Below, piece after piece: positions 30,301 through 40,278 of a stretch of 56,855 bases of DNA. The stretch comes from Candidatus Eiseniibacteriota bacterium (GTDB lineage: Bacteria > ARS69): the NCBI GenBank assembly GCA_052390515.1, contig JBQTGV010000035.1, positions 1 through 56,855 of the forward strand, in the 5' to 3' direction. The position numbers and the translations under genes were made by a program. The notes under the pieces were generated by a model. It worked only from the letters and a program-made list of their open reading frames with translations. It was not told the origin of the DNA and ran no database searches. Each line of letters opens with the position of its first letter. The first letter of the stretch is position 1.

Positions 30301-32251
30301 GCACCGTACCAGTCTCCCCCATTCGCTGCCGCCTCTTCACCAGCTTCGTCCGGCGAGCCGAGTGCACCGATATTGTGGGGGATCTCGTCATCACGAGACG
30401 ACGTGAAGAGCGCAGTAGCGGCGGGCCCCTCCGGGTAGCCGTTCAGCTCCAGTGCTCCATCGATCTGGAGCTCCACGAGATCAGGGAGCACTCCCGTGTG
30501 GAAGACATCCTGAAGTGCGGCGCACACGACTTGAGTCCCGGGGTCGAAGCGGAGGAGACTCCCGAACGGAATGACGATGTCCGACATGAGGGCGACCTTC
30601 CCTCTCCATATCATGCCGTCGGGGACGTGATATCCCTCGGGCGGGAGCGAGGGGCCGTCGTACCGAATCGTCACCGAGATCTCGCCGAGCCCGCTACCCG
30701 GATTCGTGACCCAGTGAATGTCGTGGAATGTCAGTCCGCTGTATACGCTCTGCTCCTGGCGCTTCGCGCAGTTCGCCGGATCGTTGTACGTCGTGGAGTT
30801 GTACCAGTACAGGTTCGTGTTCGGGTTCGTGTACGTCGACATGATCTCGACACCGCGCTCGCGGCGGAACTGATCGTCGTTGGAGGAGAAGAAGTGGAAC
30901 GTCTGCTCGTTGTACGAGAGTCTGTCGAAGCCCGCGACGGGGTCCGGAGCATGGGACGTCGTGTCCCACATCGCTCCGGCGAGCTCCGGCTCGACGAGGG
31001 GCGGGTAGCAACTCGACGCACCGGCCGAGGTCGTCCACGATCCACTGTACGTGCAGGCTGTCGTACAGTCGTCAAGTACCCGGAGCTTCTTGGCCACGTG
31101 GTAGATCATCAAGCCGCTGTTCTCGGGGTTGTCCAGGCAGTCGACGTTGCTCGCGAACATCGAGCCGGTGCTGTCGACACATTCCAGGATGAAGTATTGG
31201 TCCGGGTCGGCCGTCCGGACGACGGCAAAGCCGGCGTCACCATCCGTGTATACGTCGTTCAAGGTGATGGTCGTCTGCCCCCCGGGTGTCAGCGGCCCCG
31301 TGCCCGAACTTAGATCGTGGCCAGCTGTGGGTGTGATCCACCCGAACTCGTGCCGAAGGAAGGTAGACCAGCGGGGCGGGCCCATCTTGAGAGCCGTGAA
31401 TCCGTTCATCATGTCGTAGCGGTCCATGGCTCGGTTGTGCACCGGGTACTCCGGCACCGCGGCCGTGAGGTAGTGCCCGTACTCGTGTGCCAGGACCTCG
31501 ATTGCCGTCCAGTATCCGCGGCGTGGCGACGTCGGGTTGCAGCGGCAGGCGGGATCGACCGTGAGCGCCCCTCCGTCCACCTGCTTTCCGCTGAACGGCC
31601 ACTTCATCCCACCGTCCGTCGACACGAGCCAGTTGCTTGAGGTGTTCTGGAGCTGGCGGAACAACACGAAGACGAAGTCGACAACTCCATCGCCGGTCTC
31701 GTCCTGGTTCACCGCATCCCAAACGTCGAAGGGTGCGAAGCTGAATCCTGGATCAGCGTCGACAACGTCAATGACGTCGTTCATCGCTTGCGTCATGCCG
31801 CCGGAGTTCAGGTAGCCGGCGATGGTGGTGAGGTAGACGACCTTGGGGTAGACGGAACCCTCCAGCAGATGCGCGGGCTGCTGGCTGGGCGAGCCCCGCG
31901 ACATCAGCGCGAAGTAATCCGTCAGGCTCGAGTCGATCGAGGTGGTCCAAGTCGACTCGAGCAGTTCGCTTGCCCATGAGGGCACAGGTGTTCCGGGACC
32001 CGACGAGGCTGGCCACGGGTCCGACGTGCAAGCGGACGCGACGGGGTTCTGATCACTGAATTCCGCGAGGATGAGCAGCGCCTTGATGTGAGCGTCCGGT
32101 GGAAGGCTGGTTATCGGAGGTGCTGACGTTCCGCAGATTCCGTCGCCCGGCGCGGCCGTGCTCTCGACCGGTAGCATGGCCACGACAACGAGCAGAGCAA
32201 GTTGGAAGGAAGGAAGGAAGGAAGGAAGGAAGGAAGCGAGAGCCGAGCCAT
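27375..32251 (-). CDS. Large secreted M6 (immune inhibitor A)-like metalloprotease with internal repeats, beta-helix and FlgD-Ig tail; likely start separated from the ORF body by an SSR frameshift
   Basis: 'ALLILAEFSD', 'SLTDYF..MS.G', 'DFVFVLF', HEYGH (31473-31487), 'YDMM.G...P..S...R.EFGW', 'QYFILE'. ATG 32251 has an SD but is out of frame; the in-frame GTG 32291 has no SD. Confidence 0.8.
32204..32236. repeat. Tetranucleotide microsatellite (GGAA)8G, i.e. C(TTCC)8 on the coding strand
   Basis: 33-nt perfect tract counted directly. Confidence 0.97.
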
Positions 32252-32434
32252 CGTAGTTTCCCCCTCTCGAGTTCAGACACCCACGCCGCACCGTGAACGG
32301 TGCCAGCGCCTGCGCTGCTCAACCTCGCGACAGGCTCCGAGGGGGGATCGCCACGGTGGGTCCCGGGGGGGATTCCGGGAGCGGTGCTCTCGAAGCGGAG
32401 AAGGCTCTCCCCTGTCGCTCTGCTGACGGGTTCA

Positions 32435-32464
32435 ACGCTACCCCATCGATGATCGTCGTTTCAA
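32435..32464 (-). promoter_or_regulatory. Putative sigma70 promoter of the protease cluster
   Basis: TTGAAA-N18-TAGCGT. Confidence 0.45.
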
Positions 32465-32482
32465 GGGGCTTGGACGGGGCCA

Positions 32483-33697
32483 TCATTCACCTCCGCCTGG
32501 GCCATGCTCGCCTCGATCCACCCAGCGCACTTTGCCGAAGGCGGCGCGCCCGCCCTCCGGGGTCCGATACGGACTCAGGAGCTCCCAGACGATCTCCCCG
32601 CGCGGGGTGATCTCGACGGCCCGCCCCGCATCCGACTCCGCGAGCAGCGTATTGCCGTTTGGCAGGCGCTGAACCGATCCCTTGCTCGCGGAGTAGAAAC
32701 CCGGCGGCGGCTCGGCTCTCCACTCCCAGGTGACGGCCGGCACTGCCGGGTTCACTTCGACCGCCCGTGACCAACCCCGAACCAAGCCGTTGTCGAAGAG
32801 CAGAACGCGCCCACTGGCGAGCAACTGGGCATCGTGAGCGCCGTCGAGGATGTCCCGCCCCCAGGCCCACACCACCTCGCGACGGTCGACGTCGAAGAGC
32901 GCAATCCGGTCCTGGTGGCGGAACGTGACGAAGGCGAAGCGCGACGGCGGCCGATTGACCAGCCCGAAGCTCGCTGCACTCTCGAGCCACTCGATCGAGT
33001 TGGCGTGAAACAGATCCACCCACTTCTCGCCACCCAGGTCGTTGATGTTGCCGAGCTGCGGCGGGAAGATGTCCTCGTGTCCGGCCACCGCATCGAGGAA
33101 GCCCCAGGACTCGAGCAACTCGCCCGTGCCGGCATCCAGGATGGCGATCCCGTCGTCCCGCGTGTCGATATCCGGATGGATCCCGGGAATCCGGCGCCGC
33201 TCGAAGGTGAGCACCGCAACTCTCTCTTCGGGGAGCAACGCGGCGTCGTGATGCGCGTTCATCTTCCGCTTCCAGCGAGGACTGCTGTCTCGATCGATCC
33301 GCGCCACGTAGCGCGTGCTGTCCGGGATCCGAGGCACACCGCCCACCTCGCCACTGCCCGAAGGTGTTGCGCCGATCACGAGGAGGTCACCGTCGTCGAT
33401 CAGCTCCGCGTGCTCCCAGATGGCGCTGGGTGCGTGCGTCCACATGTGGATGACGGCGCCGGATGCGTCGATCAGCTCTGCCCGGCTCAGGGTCGGGACA
33501 ACGTAGAAGCGGTAGCCCGGGCAGGTGAGGTCCTGAGCGTGGCGGACCACTCCGGAGCGCGGATCGCGGTCCTCCGTCATAGAAGTGTACGGGAGCGATC
33601 GCAAGGCATCCCGCTGGCGATCGGTATCAGGGCTTCGCTCGCCGCTGCACGCCGCCATCCATGCGGCGACGACCAGGCACGCGCTTGCTGCCCTCAT
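32483..33697 (-). CDS. Arylsulfotransferase (ASST)-family lipoprotein
   Basis: Lipobox MAAC; 'LRSLPY', 'AHHDA', 'DLFHANSI', 'HDAQLL..G.VLLFDNG', 'GSVQRLPNGNTL'. Confidence 0.8.
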   Translation of the reverse strand: MRAASACLVVAAWMAACSGERSPDTDRQRDALRSLPYTSMTEDRDPRSGVVRHAQDLTCPGYRFYVVPTLSRAELIDASGAVIHMWTHAPSAIWEHAELIDDGDLLVIGATPSGSGEVGGVPRIPDSTRYVARIDRDSSPRWKRKMNAHHDAALLPEERVAVLTFERRRIPGIHPDIDTRDDGIAILDAGTGELLESWGFLDAVAGHEDIFPPQLGNINDLGGEKWVDLFHANSIEWLESAASFGLVNRPPSRFAFVTFRHQDRIALFDVDRREVVWAWGRDILDGAHDAQLLASGRVLLFDNGLVRGWSRAVEVNPAVPAVTWEWRAEPPPGFYSASKGSVQRLPNGNTLLAESDAGRAVEITPRGEIVWELLSPYRTPEGGRAAFGKVRWVDRGEHGPGGGE

Positions 33698-34353
33698 CCG
33701 TCTTGAACCGACAGATCGTCCGGCAGCTCATCCCGATCCCCCGGCTGGCGCGGGAAGAATGCCGCGAGCTTCTCTCCGGCCGCCTCCACCGCCAGCACGA
33801 CGCCGTCCGCGAAGCGCCCCTCGGCGAACGCAGCGCTCATCCGCGCGCGCACGTCGTTCCAGAATCCATCGGGAACGACCTCGTCGATCCCGCGGTCGCC
33901 GAGGATGGCGAAGGCGTGATCGTCGACCGAGAGCCAGATCAGCACGCCGTTCCGCGCCGACGTCGTCGTCATGCCGATGGCCTCGAACGCGCGCCGCGCC
34001 GTGTCCATCGGCGTGCCGCCGGAGCTTCTCGCGAGATGCACGCGGATCTCGCCCGAGGTGCGCGCCTCGGCCGCGGCGATCGCCTCGCGGATCCTCCTCC
34101 GCTCGTCCTCGTCGAAGAAGGTCGCCGGCGCGGCGCGGCCACGCGCGCGAAGGGCGGCGGCGAACGCAACCAGCGCAGCCACGGCGAAGAGCACCGCGAG
34201 AAGGCCGACCGGCGTGCCGATCGCGCGGATCCCGCGCGGAGCCCAGCTCGCTTCGCCCGGACCCGCGCCCATCTCCGGATGACCCGCGCGTACGAGCAGC
34301 GCCGCCGCCGCGGCGGCGAGCAGCACCCCGAGCACCGGCAGCCACTTCACCAT
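33694..34353 (-). CDS. TPM-domain protein (short) with N-terminal TM helices
   Basis: 'IAAAEARTSGEIRVH', 'RNGVLIW', 'AILGDRGI', 'DELPD'. Confidence 0.9.
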   Translation of the reverse strand: MVKWLPVLGVLLAAAAAALLVRAGHPEMGAGPGEASWAPRGIRAIGTPVGLLAVLFAVAALVAFAAALRARGRAAPATFFDEDERRRIREAIAAAEARTSGEIRVHLARSSGGTPMDTARRAFEAIGMTTTSARNGVLIWLSVDDHAFAILGDRGIDEVVPDGFWNDVRARMSAAFAEGRFADGVVLAVEAAGEKLAAFFPRQPGDRDELPDDLSVQDG

Positions 34354-34357
34354 CGCC

Positions 34358-35146
34358 TCACCATCGCCCCGACGCCCCCCCGCCGCCGAAGCCGCCGCCT
34401 CCTCCGCGGAAGCCGCCTCGGAACCCGCCCGACCGGCCGCCGCCGAGACCGCCGAAGCCCCCGCCTCCGAGCATCCAGCCGCCGTGCCCCCGCGACATTC
34501 GCCCCGGCATCCCGCCGCCGAGCCACACTCCGCGCCGACTCATGAGCCACGCACGCAGCACCAGCACGGCCAGCACGACGATCACGATCACCATGCTGCT
34601 CGGAGCATCGTCCGCCGAGCGCGGCGGCGCTTGGTACTCACCGCGGATCGTCGCGATCACGGCCTCAACCGCCTGCTCCACGCCGCCGTCGAAGTCGCCG
34701 GCTCGAAACCGCGGCGCCAGCTCGCCGCGCAGGATGCGGTCGGCCATGGCATCGGTGAGGCGTCCCTCGAGCCCGTAGCCGACCTCGAGCCGCGTTCGCC
34801 GCTCCTCGGTGAACACGAGCAGGATGACACCGTTGTCGTGCTCCTTCGAGCCGATCTGCCACGCCTCGGCCAGCCGGATGGAGAAGTCCTCCAGGCTTTC
34901 GCCCTCGAGAGACCGGAACGCGGCCACGGCGATCTGATCCGACGACTCCGCCTCGTGCGCGGCGATCTTCGCCTCGATGCGCCGCTCCGCGCCCGGCGAG
35001 ATCAGCTCGGCGTAATCCGACACCCGGCCTTGTGGCCGGGGCGGCACCTCCAAGGCGAAGGCCGCCGACGGGAACGCGGCGCCGGCGAGCACCGGCACGC
35101 ATGCCGCCGAGACGAACGCCGCGCCGGCGACGGCCGGCACCCACAC
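34358..35146 (-). CDS. TPM-domain (YgcG-like) protein with Gly-rich C-terminus; start uncertain
   Basis: 'RVSDYA', 'SLEGESLEDFS', 'DNGVILLV', 'LEVGYGLEG.LTD', 'GGGGFGGGGASGRW'. Confidence 0.9.
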   Translation of the reverse strand: MWVPAVAGAAFVSAACVPVLAGAAFPSAAFALEVPPRPQGRVSDYAELISPGAERRIEAKIAAHEAESSDQIAVAAFRSLEGESLEDFSIRLAEAWQIGSKEHDNGVILLVFTEERRTRLEVGYGLEGRLTDAMADRILRGELAPRFRAGDFDGGVEQAVEAVIATIRGEYQAPPRSADDAPSSMVIVIVVLAVLVLRAWLMSRRGVWLGGGMPGRMSRGHGGWMLGGGGFGGLGGGRSGGFRGGFRGGGGGFGGGGASGRW

Positions 35147-35174
35147 CGCCGACGTGAACGCGGCGCCGGCGAGC
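35062..35174. repeat. 42-bp imperfect tandem repeat x3 in the signal region of the TPM gene
   Basis: Encodes LAGAAFTSA / VAGAAFVSA / LAGAAFPSA with 14-aa period. Confidence 0.8.
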
Positions 35175-35199
35175 TCCGCCGCAAGCGCCGCCGTGCGGA

Positions 35200-35790
35200 T
35201 CAGAAGCGGACCTGCGGCGCTTCCTTCGCCGCCTCCGCCGCCTCGAAGTAGGGCTTCGCCTCGAAGTCACCGAACCCGGCGATGAGCGAATTCGGGATGA
35301 CCTTGATGTAGGCGTTGAAATCCCGGGCCACCTCGTTGAAGCGGCCACGCTCTACGGCGATGCGGTTCTCGGTGCCCTCGAGCTGGCTCTGCAGCTCCAG
35401 GAAGTTCTGGTTCGCCTTGAGCTCGGGGTAGCGCTCGACGGCCACGAGCAGACGGGACAGCGCGCCGGATAGCTCACCCTGGACGGCCTGGAACTTCTCG
35501 AAGCTCGCCGGATCGTTGATCGTCTCCGGACCGATCGTCACCTGACCGGCCTTCGAGCGCGCCTCTGCCACGGCCGTGTACGTCTCCTGCTCGAAGTTCG
35601 CCACTCCCTTGACGGTCTCGACGAGGTTGGGGATGAGATCGAGCCGCCTCTGGTACACGTTCTCCACCTGCGACCACGCGGCGGCCACGCCCTCCTGCTT
35701 CTTCACCATGTTGTTGTAGATGCCGACGCCCCACTGGAACACGACGAGCAGGAGGACGACGACGGCGAGCACCGGAACGAGCTTCTTCAT
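35200..35790 (-). CDS. lemA: LemA family protein
   Basis: 'YN...AWSQVENVYQRRLDLIPNLV', 'YPELKANQNFLELQ.QLEGTENRI'. Confidence 0.96.
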   Translation of the reverse strand: MKKLVPVLAVVVLLLVVFQWGVGIYNNMVKKQEGVAAAWSQVENVYQRRLDLIPNLVETVKGVANFEQETYTAVAEARSKAGQVTIGPETINDPASFEKFQAVQGELSGALSRLLVAVERYPELKANQNFLELQSQLEGTENRIAVERGRFNEVARDFNAYIKVIPNSLIAGFGDFEAKPYFEAAEAAKEAPQVRF

Positions 35791-35953
35791 GGACGGATCC
35801 TTTCGCAGGTCGAGCCGACGCGCAGTTCAGGCGGCCGCCGCCGGGTGTGCCGCACCCCGGAGCACTGCTCGGGGGCCGAGGAGGTGTAGCACCGACCGGC
35901 GCCGCCGAGTAGCCCCGAGGACCCAGAGGACGCTCATGGTAGACTCCGCGGCC

Positions 35954-37501
35954 ATGCCGAACGCGCGCCGGAGCGGCATCCTCCTCCATCCCACGTCGCT
36001 CCCGGGACCGGGCGGGATCGGATCCCTGGGGCCCGAGGCGCACCTCTTCCTGGAGCGGCTCCAGGGCGCCGGCCAAAGCATCTGGCAGGTGCTGCCGCTC
36101 GGACCCACGGGATTCGGGGATTCGCCGTACCAGTCTTTCTCGGCGTTCGCGGGGAATCCCCTGCTCGTCTCCCCGGCGCGGCTGGTCGACGAGAGCCTGG
36201 CCACGGCGGACGATGCCGCACGCCTCCCCGACGGCGCGCCCGACCGCGTGGACTTCGGCGCGGTGATCCCGGCCAAGCGCGAACTGCTCGCCGCCGCGCA
36301 CACCGCGTTCCGCCGCGGCGCCGCGCCGGCCGAGCTCGGCGCGGCGTTCGACGAGTTCCGAGCAGCCGAGGCCTCCTGGCTCGACGACTACGCGCTCTTC
36401 GCCGCCGTCCACGACGAGCAGGCGCGCGCCTGGATCGACTGGCCGGATCCCCTGGCCGGGCGTGAGGAGAGCGCGCTGCGCGCTGCGCGGGAGCGGCTCC
36501 GGGAAGAGATCGGTCGCGCGGAGTTCGCCCAGTTCCTGTTCGCCCGGCACTGGGGCGAAGTGCGGGCGAAGGCCGCTGCGCTCGGGATCGAGATCCTCGG
36601 CGACGTGCCGCTCTTCGTCGCGCACGACAGTTGCGACGTCTGGACCCGCCGCGAGATGTTCGACCTCGACGAAGCCGGCCGCCCGCGCGTCCTGGCCGGT
36701 GCGCCCCCCGATGACTTCACCGAGGACGGCCAGCTCTGGGGCAATCCGCTCTACGACTGGGACGGGGCGGGCAAGCGCCTCTTCCGCTGGTGGGTCGAGC
36801 GGATGCGCGCCGCGCTCTCCCGCTTCGACCGGGTGCGTCTCGACCACTTCCGCGGCTTCGTCGGCTGCTGGGCCACGCCCGCCGGTGAGACCACGGCGCG
36901 CAACGGCCGGTGGGTGCCGGTTCCCGGGGCGAAGCTCTTCCGCGCGCTTCGCCGCGAGCTCGGTGAGCTGCGCTGCGTCGCCGAGGACCTCGGCGACATC
37001 ACGCCGGAGGTGCAAGCGCTGCGCGAACGCTTCGGCTTCCCGGGCATGAAAGTCCTCCAGTTCGGCTTCGGCGGCGACGCGCGCACGAACGAGTACGCGC
37101 CGCACAACTTGCCGCGGAACTGCGTGGTCTATCCCGGCACGCACGACAACGAGACGATGCAGGGCTGGTGGCTGAATGGGACCTTCGCCCGCGGCCGGCC
37201 GCCCGCGGAAGTGGCGGAAGAGCGGGCGCGAATCCTGGCGCTCACCGGATCGGGCGGCGAAGCGATCCACTGGGACTTCGTCCGGCTGGCGCTCGCGTCG
37301 GTGGCGGACGATGCCCTCGTGTCCATGCAGGACGTCCTCGGCCTCGGGAACGAGGCGCGGATGAACTCGCCGGGCGATCCGGAGAGCAACTGGCAGTGGC
37401 GCCTGCGGGAGGAGGACTGGACCGAGGAGATCGCGCGGCGGCTGGAGCGGCTCGTTCGGGCCACGGGACGCTGGCCGGCGGCGGCGTCCGGGCCGGCTTG
37501 A
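35954..37501 (+). CDS. malQ: 4-alpha-glucanotransferase (GH77)
   Basis: [52 protein letters not shown]...NWQWR. Confidence 0.96.
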   Translation: MPNARRSGILLHPTSLPGPGGIGSLGPEAHLFLERLQGAGQSIWQVLPLGPTGFGDSPYQSFSAFAGNPLLVSPARLVDESLATADDAARLPDGAPDRVDFGAVIPAKRELLAAAHTAFRRGAAPAELGAAFDEFRAAEASWLDDYALFAAVHDEQARAWIDWPDPLAGREESALRAARERLREEIGRAEFAQFLFARHWGEVRAKAAALGIEILGDVPLFVAHDSCDVWTRREMFDLDEAGRPRVLAGAPPDDFTEDGQLWGNPLYDWDGAGKRLFRWWVERMRAALSRFDRVRLDHFRGFVGCWATPAGETTARNGRWVPVPGAKLFRALRRELGELRCVAEDLGDITPEVQALRERFGFPGMKVLQFGFGGDARTNEYAPHNLPRNCVVYPGTHDNETMQGWWLNGTFARGRPPAEVAEERARILALTGSGGEAIHWDFVRLALASVADDALVSMQDVLGLGNEARMNSPGDPESNWQWRLREEDWTEEIARRLERLVRATGRWPAAASGPA

Positions 37502-37527
37502 CCCCGGCCGCGGCCGGACTCTATCCT
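37498..37527 (+). promoter_or_regulatory. Putative sigma70 promoter of the cold-shock gene
   Basis: TTGACC-N18-TATCCT. Confidence 0.55.
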
Positions 37528-37605
37528 CGCGCCGTTCGTGCTTCGACGCGCGGACTCCCTCGCGCGGTCGGGCACCGCACGCCAAGCGCCACGGGGGTTC
37601 GAAAC

Positions 37606-37809
37606 ATGCCGCAAGGCACCGTGAAGTGGTTCAACGACTCGAAGGGGTTCGGCTTCATCGCCAGAGGGACGGGTGAGGGGGACGTTTTCGTGCACCACAC
37701 CGCGATTCACATGGAAGGATTCCGCACGCTCCGGGAGGGCGATCAGGTCGAGTTCGAAGTCGTGCAGGGACCCAAAGGACCGCAGGCCAGCAACGTGACC
37801 AAGGTCTGA
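37606..37809 (+). CDS. Cold-shock protein (CspA family)
   Basis: [18 protein letters not shown]...DVFVHH...[10 protein letters not shown]. Confidence 0.97.
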   Translation: MPQGTVKWFNDSKGFGFIARGTGEGDVFVHHTAIHMEGFRTLREGDQVEFEVVQGPKGPQASNVTKV

Positions 37810-37838
37810 CGGCCCGGCGAGGACTTTCGAGCCGTGAA

Positions 37839-39197
37839 TCAGGGGCCCCCCGGTGCGCCGGGGGGCCTTTCGTTTCGCGTCACCTCGATCATCCGCTCGA
37901 GCGCCCGCCGCGCGTGGCGAACGACGTCGGCGCGCTCGTTGTCGGAGAGCCGGTCACGACTGCCGGTCGTCTCGTTGACGACGTCGCCCGGGAGAACGCG
38001 GTTCAGGTCGGGCGCCTTTCCCTGCCGCAGCAGATCCAGGATGGCGACGAGGTGCGGCGGATCGTTCCGCGACATCGTGGCGCAGCCGCATCCCCGGGAT
38101 GCTAGCGCCGGGTCGGGCAGGTCGGCCAGGTTGACGACTTCGACGCCGCGGAGGGCGGCCTGCTCGCGGGCGTTGCGGCAGAAGTGGCCTTCGGTGCCGA
38201 TGGCGAGCTTCGAGCCGGGAGCCGCCTCCATGACGGCGTTCCACAGGTACTTGGTCGAGCCGGCGCCGTCGGCCACGTCGACCACCGGCTTCGGACACTC
38301 CGGGTGTACCAGCACGCGGTAGCCGCGTTCCCGCCACCAGCTCACGTGCTCCGGTCGGAAGACCGTGTGCACGCCGCAGAAGCTGCCCCACAGGATCATC
38401 CGCGCGGCGTCCAGACGGCGAAGGTCCGCCGCACTCATCGACGTGACGCCGGTTCGCCCGCCCTCCGCGCCGGCGCCCCAGAACCAGAGGTCGCCCGCGG
38501 TCAGGCCGGCGGCGGCCGCCACGTTCTCCCCCAGATGCCGGTCCGGAACGAAGAACACCTTCTTGCCACGGGCCAGCGCCCAGCGAACCACGGCCTTCGC
38601 GTTGGAGCTGGTGCACACGGATCCATCGGTGCGCCCAGCCAGCGCCTTCACGCGGCCGGATGTGTTCATGTAGGCGACGACGGTTAGGTCATCGCCGTAG
38701 CGGCCGACCAGCTCGTCGAACGCCGGCTCGACCATCCAGTCCTTGGCCAGCATCTCCAGCGTGCACCCCGACTTGGGGTTCGTGATCCAGACCTGCTGGT
38801 CCTCGGCGGCGAGAATGGCGATGGACTCCGCCATGAAGTGCACCGCGGACTCTACGAAGATCTTCACGTCGGGCCGCTCCACGGTCTGCAGAGCGAGCTC
38901 GTACGAGTCCGCGATCCGACCGCCGTAACGCTCCACGAGCTTCACGATCTCGCCGCCCATGTAGTAGTGAGCGAGCAGCAGCAGGCGCGGGCCGAAGTGG
39001 TCCCGAGCGGGACGGATGTAGCCGTCCATCCAGGGCAGCACCGTGCGCGGGGTCCGGTCGGGCAGCGCCAAGTACTCCGCCGCGTAGGGCTTGAACTCGT
39101 CCTGGTACCAATCCAGGGGAAGGTCCTGCTGGCAGATGGGCATGTCCGGGACGAGGCGAAGGCCCGAGGGTGCCGCGGCTCCGGTGACGTGGGACAT
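37839..39197 (-). CDS. nadA: Quinolinate synthase
   Basis: LAHYY, DSYEL, VHFMAE, GCTL, YMNTS, CTSSNA, PDRHLG, FCGVH, HPEC, GST, GTE, CATM. Confidence 0.93.
   Translation of the reverse strand: MSHVTGAAAPSGLRLVPDMPICQQDLPLDWYQDEFKPYAAEYLALPDRTPRTVLPWMDGYIRPARDHFGPRLLLLAHYYMGGEIVKLVERYGGRIADSYELALQTVERPDVKIFVESAVHFMAESIAILAAEDQQVWITNPKSGCTLEMLAKDWMVEPAFDELVGRYGDDLTVVAYMNTSGRVKALAGRTDGSVCTSSNAKAVVRWALARGKKVFFVPDRHLGENVAAAAGLTAGDLWFWGAGAEGGRTGVTSMSAADLRRLDAARMILWGSFCGVHTVFRPEHVSWWRERGYRVLVHPECPKPVVDVADGAGSTKYLWNAVMEAAPGSKLAIGTEGHFCRNAREQAALRGVEVVNLADLPDPALASRGCGCATMSRNDPPHLVAILDLLRQGKAPDLNRVLPGDVVNETTGSRDRLSDNERADVVRHARRALERMIEVTRNERPPGAPGGP
37841..37871 (+). terminator. Intrinsic terminator for the csp gene, overlapping the nadA 3' end
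   Basis: ggccccccgg-tgcg-ccggggggcc followed by tttcgttt. Confidence 0.8.
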
Positions 39198-39308
39198 TGC
39201 TCGCTCCTTCAGGACCCCAGGGTACCCGCTTTCCCGGGGGCAAGCCACGGAGGGGCCGTGCCGGAGTCACGGACGGCGGAGGCCGGCGGCCGCGAGGCGA
39301 GCGACGTA

Positions 39309-40142
39309 CTACGCCTTGGCCTTCTGGCTCCGCACGGCGAAGGCGTCCTCGAGCAGCTGCTTGGTCACGTGGAAGCGGCCCTCCCCGCGGGGCGCCCCGA
39401 GCACCACGGAGATCAGGCGGGTCCGGTCCCGCTCGGCGGTCGCGCAGAAGCACGCCCCAGCCCGCGGCGTCCACCCGGTCTTGAGCCCGTCGACGCCCTG
39501 CACGCGTCCGAGCAGATGGTTCGTGGTTTCCAGCCAGAACTCCCCGTCTCGGAAGGGTGCGCGGCGCGTCGAGGCCAGTTCCAGCGCGAGCGGGTGGCGG
39601 ACCAGCGCCTTGGCGATCAGCGCGAGGTCGCGCGCCGTGGTCGTGGCGTGTGGCTGACCCCGGAGGTCGAGGCCGTGCGCATTGGTGAAGCGGGTGGCCT
39701 TGCAGCCGAGCTCCCTCGCCCGCCGGTTCATGCGCTCGACGAAGGCGGACTCGCTCCCGGCCACGTGCTCGGCCAGGGCGACCGCGGCGTCGTTGGCCGA
39801 GGCGATGGCAGCGGCGGCCAGCAGCGCCCGCACCGTCTGCGTCTCGCCCTCCCGGAGGTAGACCTGGGTCCCGCCCATGGTGGCCGCGTGGGTGGAGGCT
39901 CGCACGCGCTCGTTCAACGAGATCCGCTTGGCCGCGACCTCCTCGAGCACCAGGAGCTCGACCATCATCTTCACGAGCGAGGCCGGCCCGCGCACCGCGT
40001 CCGCGTTCTGCTCGTGCAGGATGGTGCCGTTCTTGGCATCCAGGAGGATGACGGAAGCGCAGGGTACGGGTCGGATCGAAGCCGGGACCGCGGATCCGGA
40101 CGCGGGAAAGAGCAGAATGCCGGCCAGCACGGAGACGATCAC
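39309..40142 (-). CDS. D-alanyl-D-alanine carboxypeptidase (peptidase S11)
   Basis: SxxK 'ASLVKMM', SxN 'SANDA', 'GLKTGWT'. Confidence 0.93.
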   Translation of the reverse strand: MIVSVLAGILLFPASGSAVPASIRPVPCASVILLDAKNGTILHEQNADAVRGPASLVKMMVELLVLEEVAAKRISLNERVRASTHAATMGGTQVYLREGETQTVRALLAAAAIASANDAAVALAEHVAGSESAFVERMNRRARELGCKATRFTNAHGLDLRGQPHATTTARDLALIAKALVRHPLALELASTRRAPFRDGEFWLETTNHLLGRVQGVDGLKTGWTPRAGACFCATAERDRTRLISVVLGAPRGEGRFHVTKQLLEDAFAVRSQKAKA

Positions 40143-40278
40143 CGCCGGAGCCCTCCGGAAGGGTGGTGTGCGAAGCCCCGCACCCTACCCCATTCGGCGC
40201 GAATCCGGCGACACTGAATACGTGCCGGCCGCGGGCCGCCGGGATCGAAACCCGGGGCCCACGACCGACGCACTCGAG

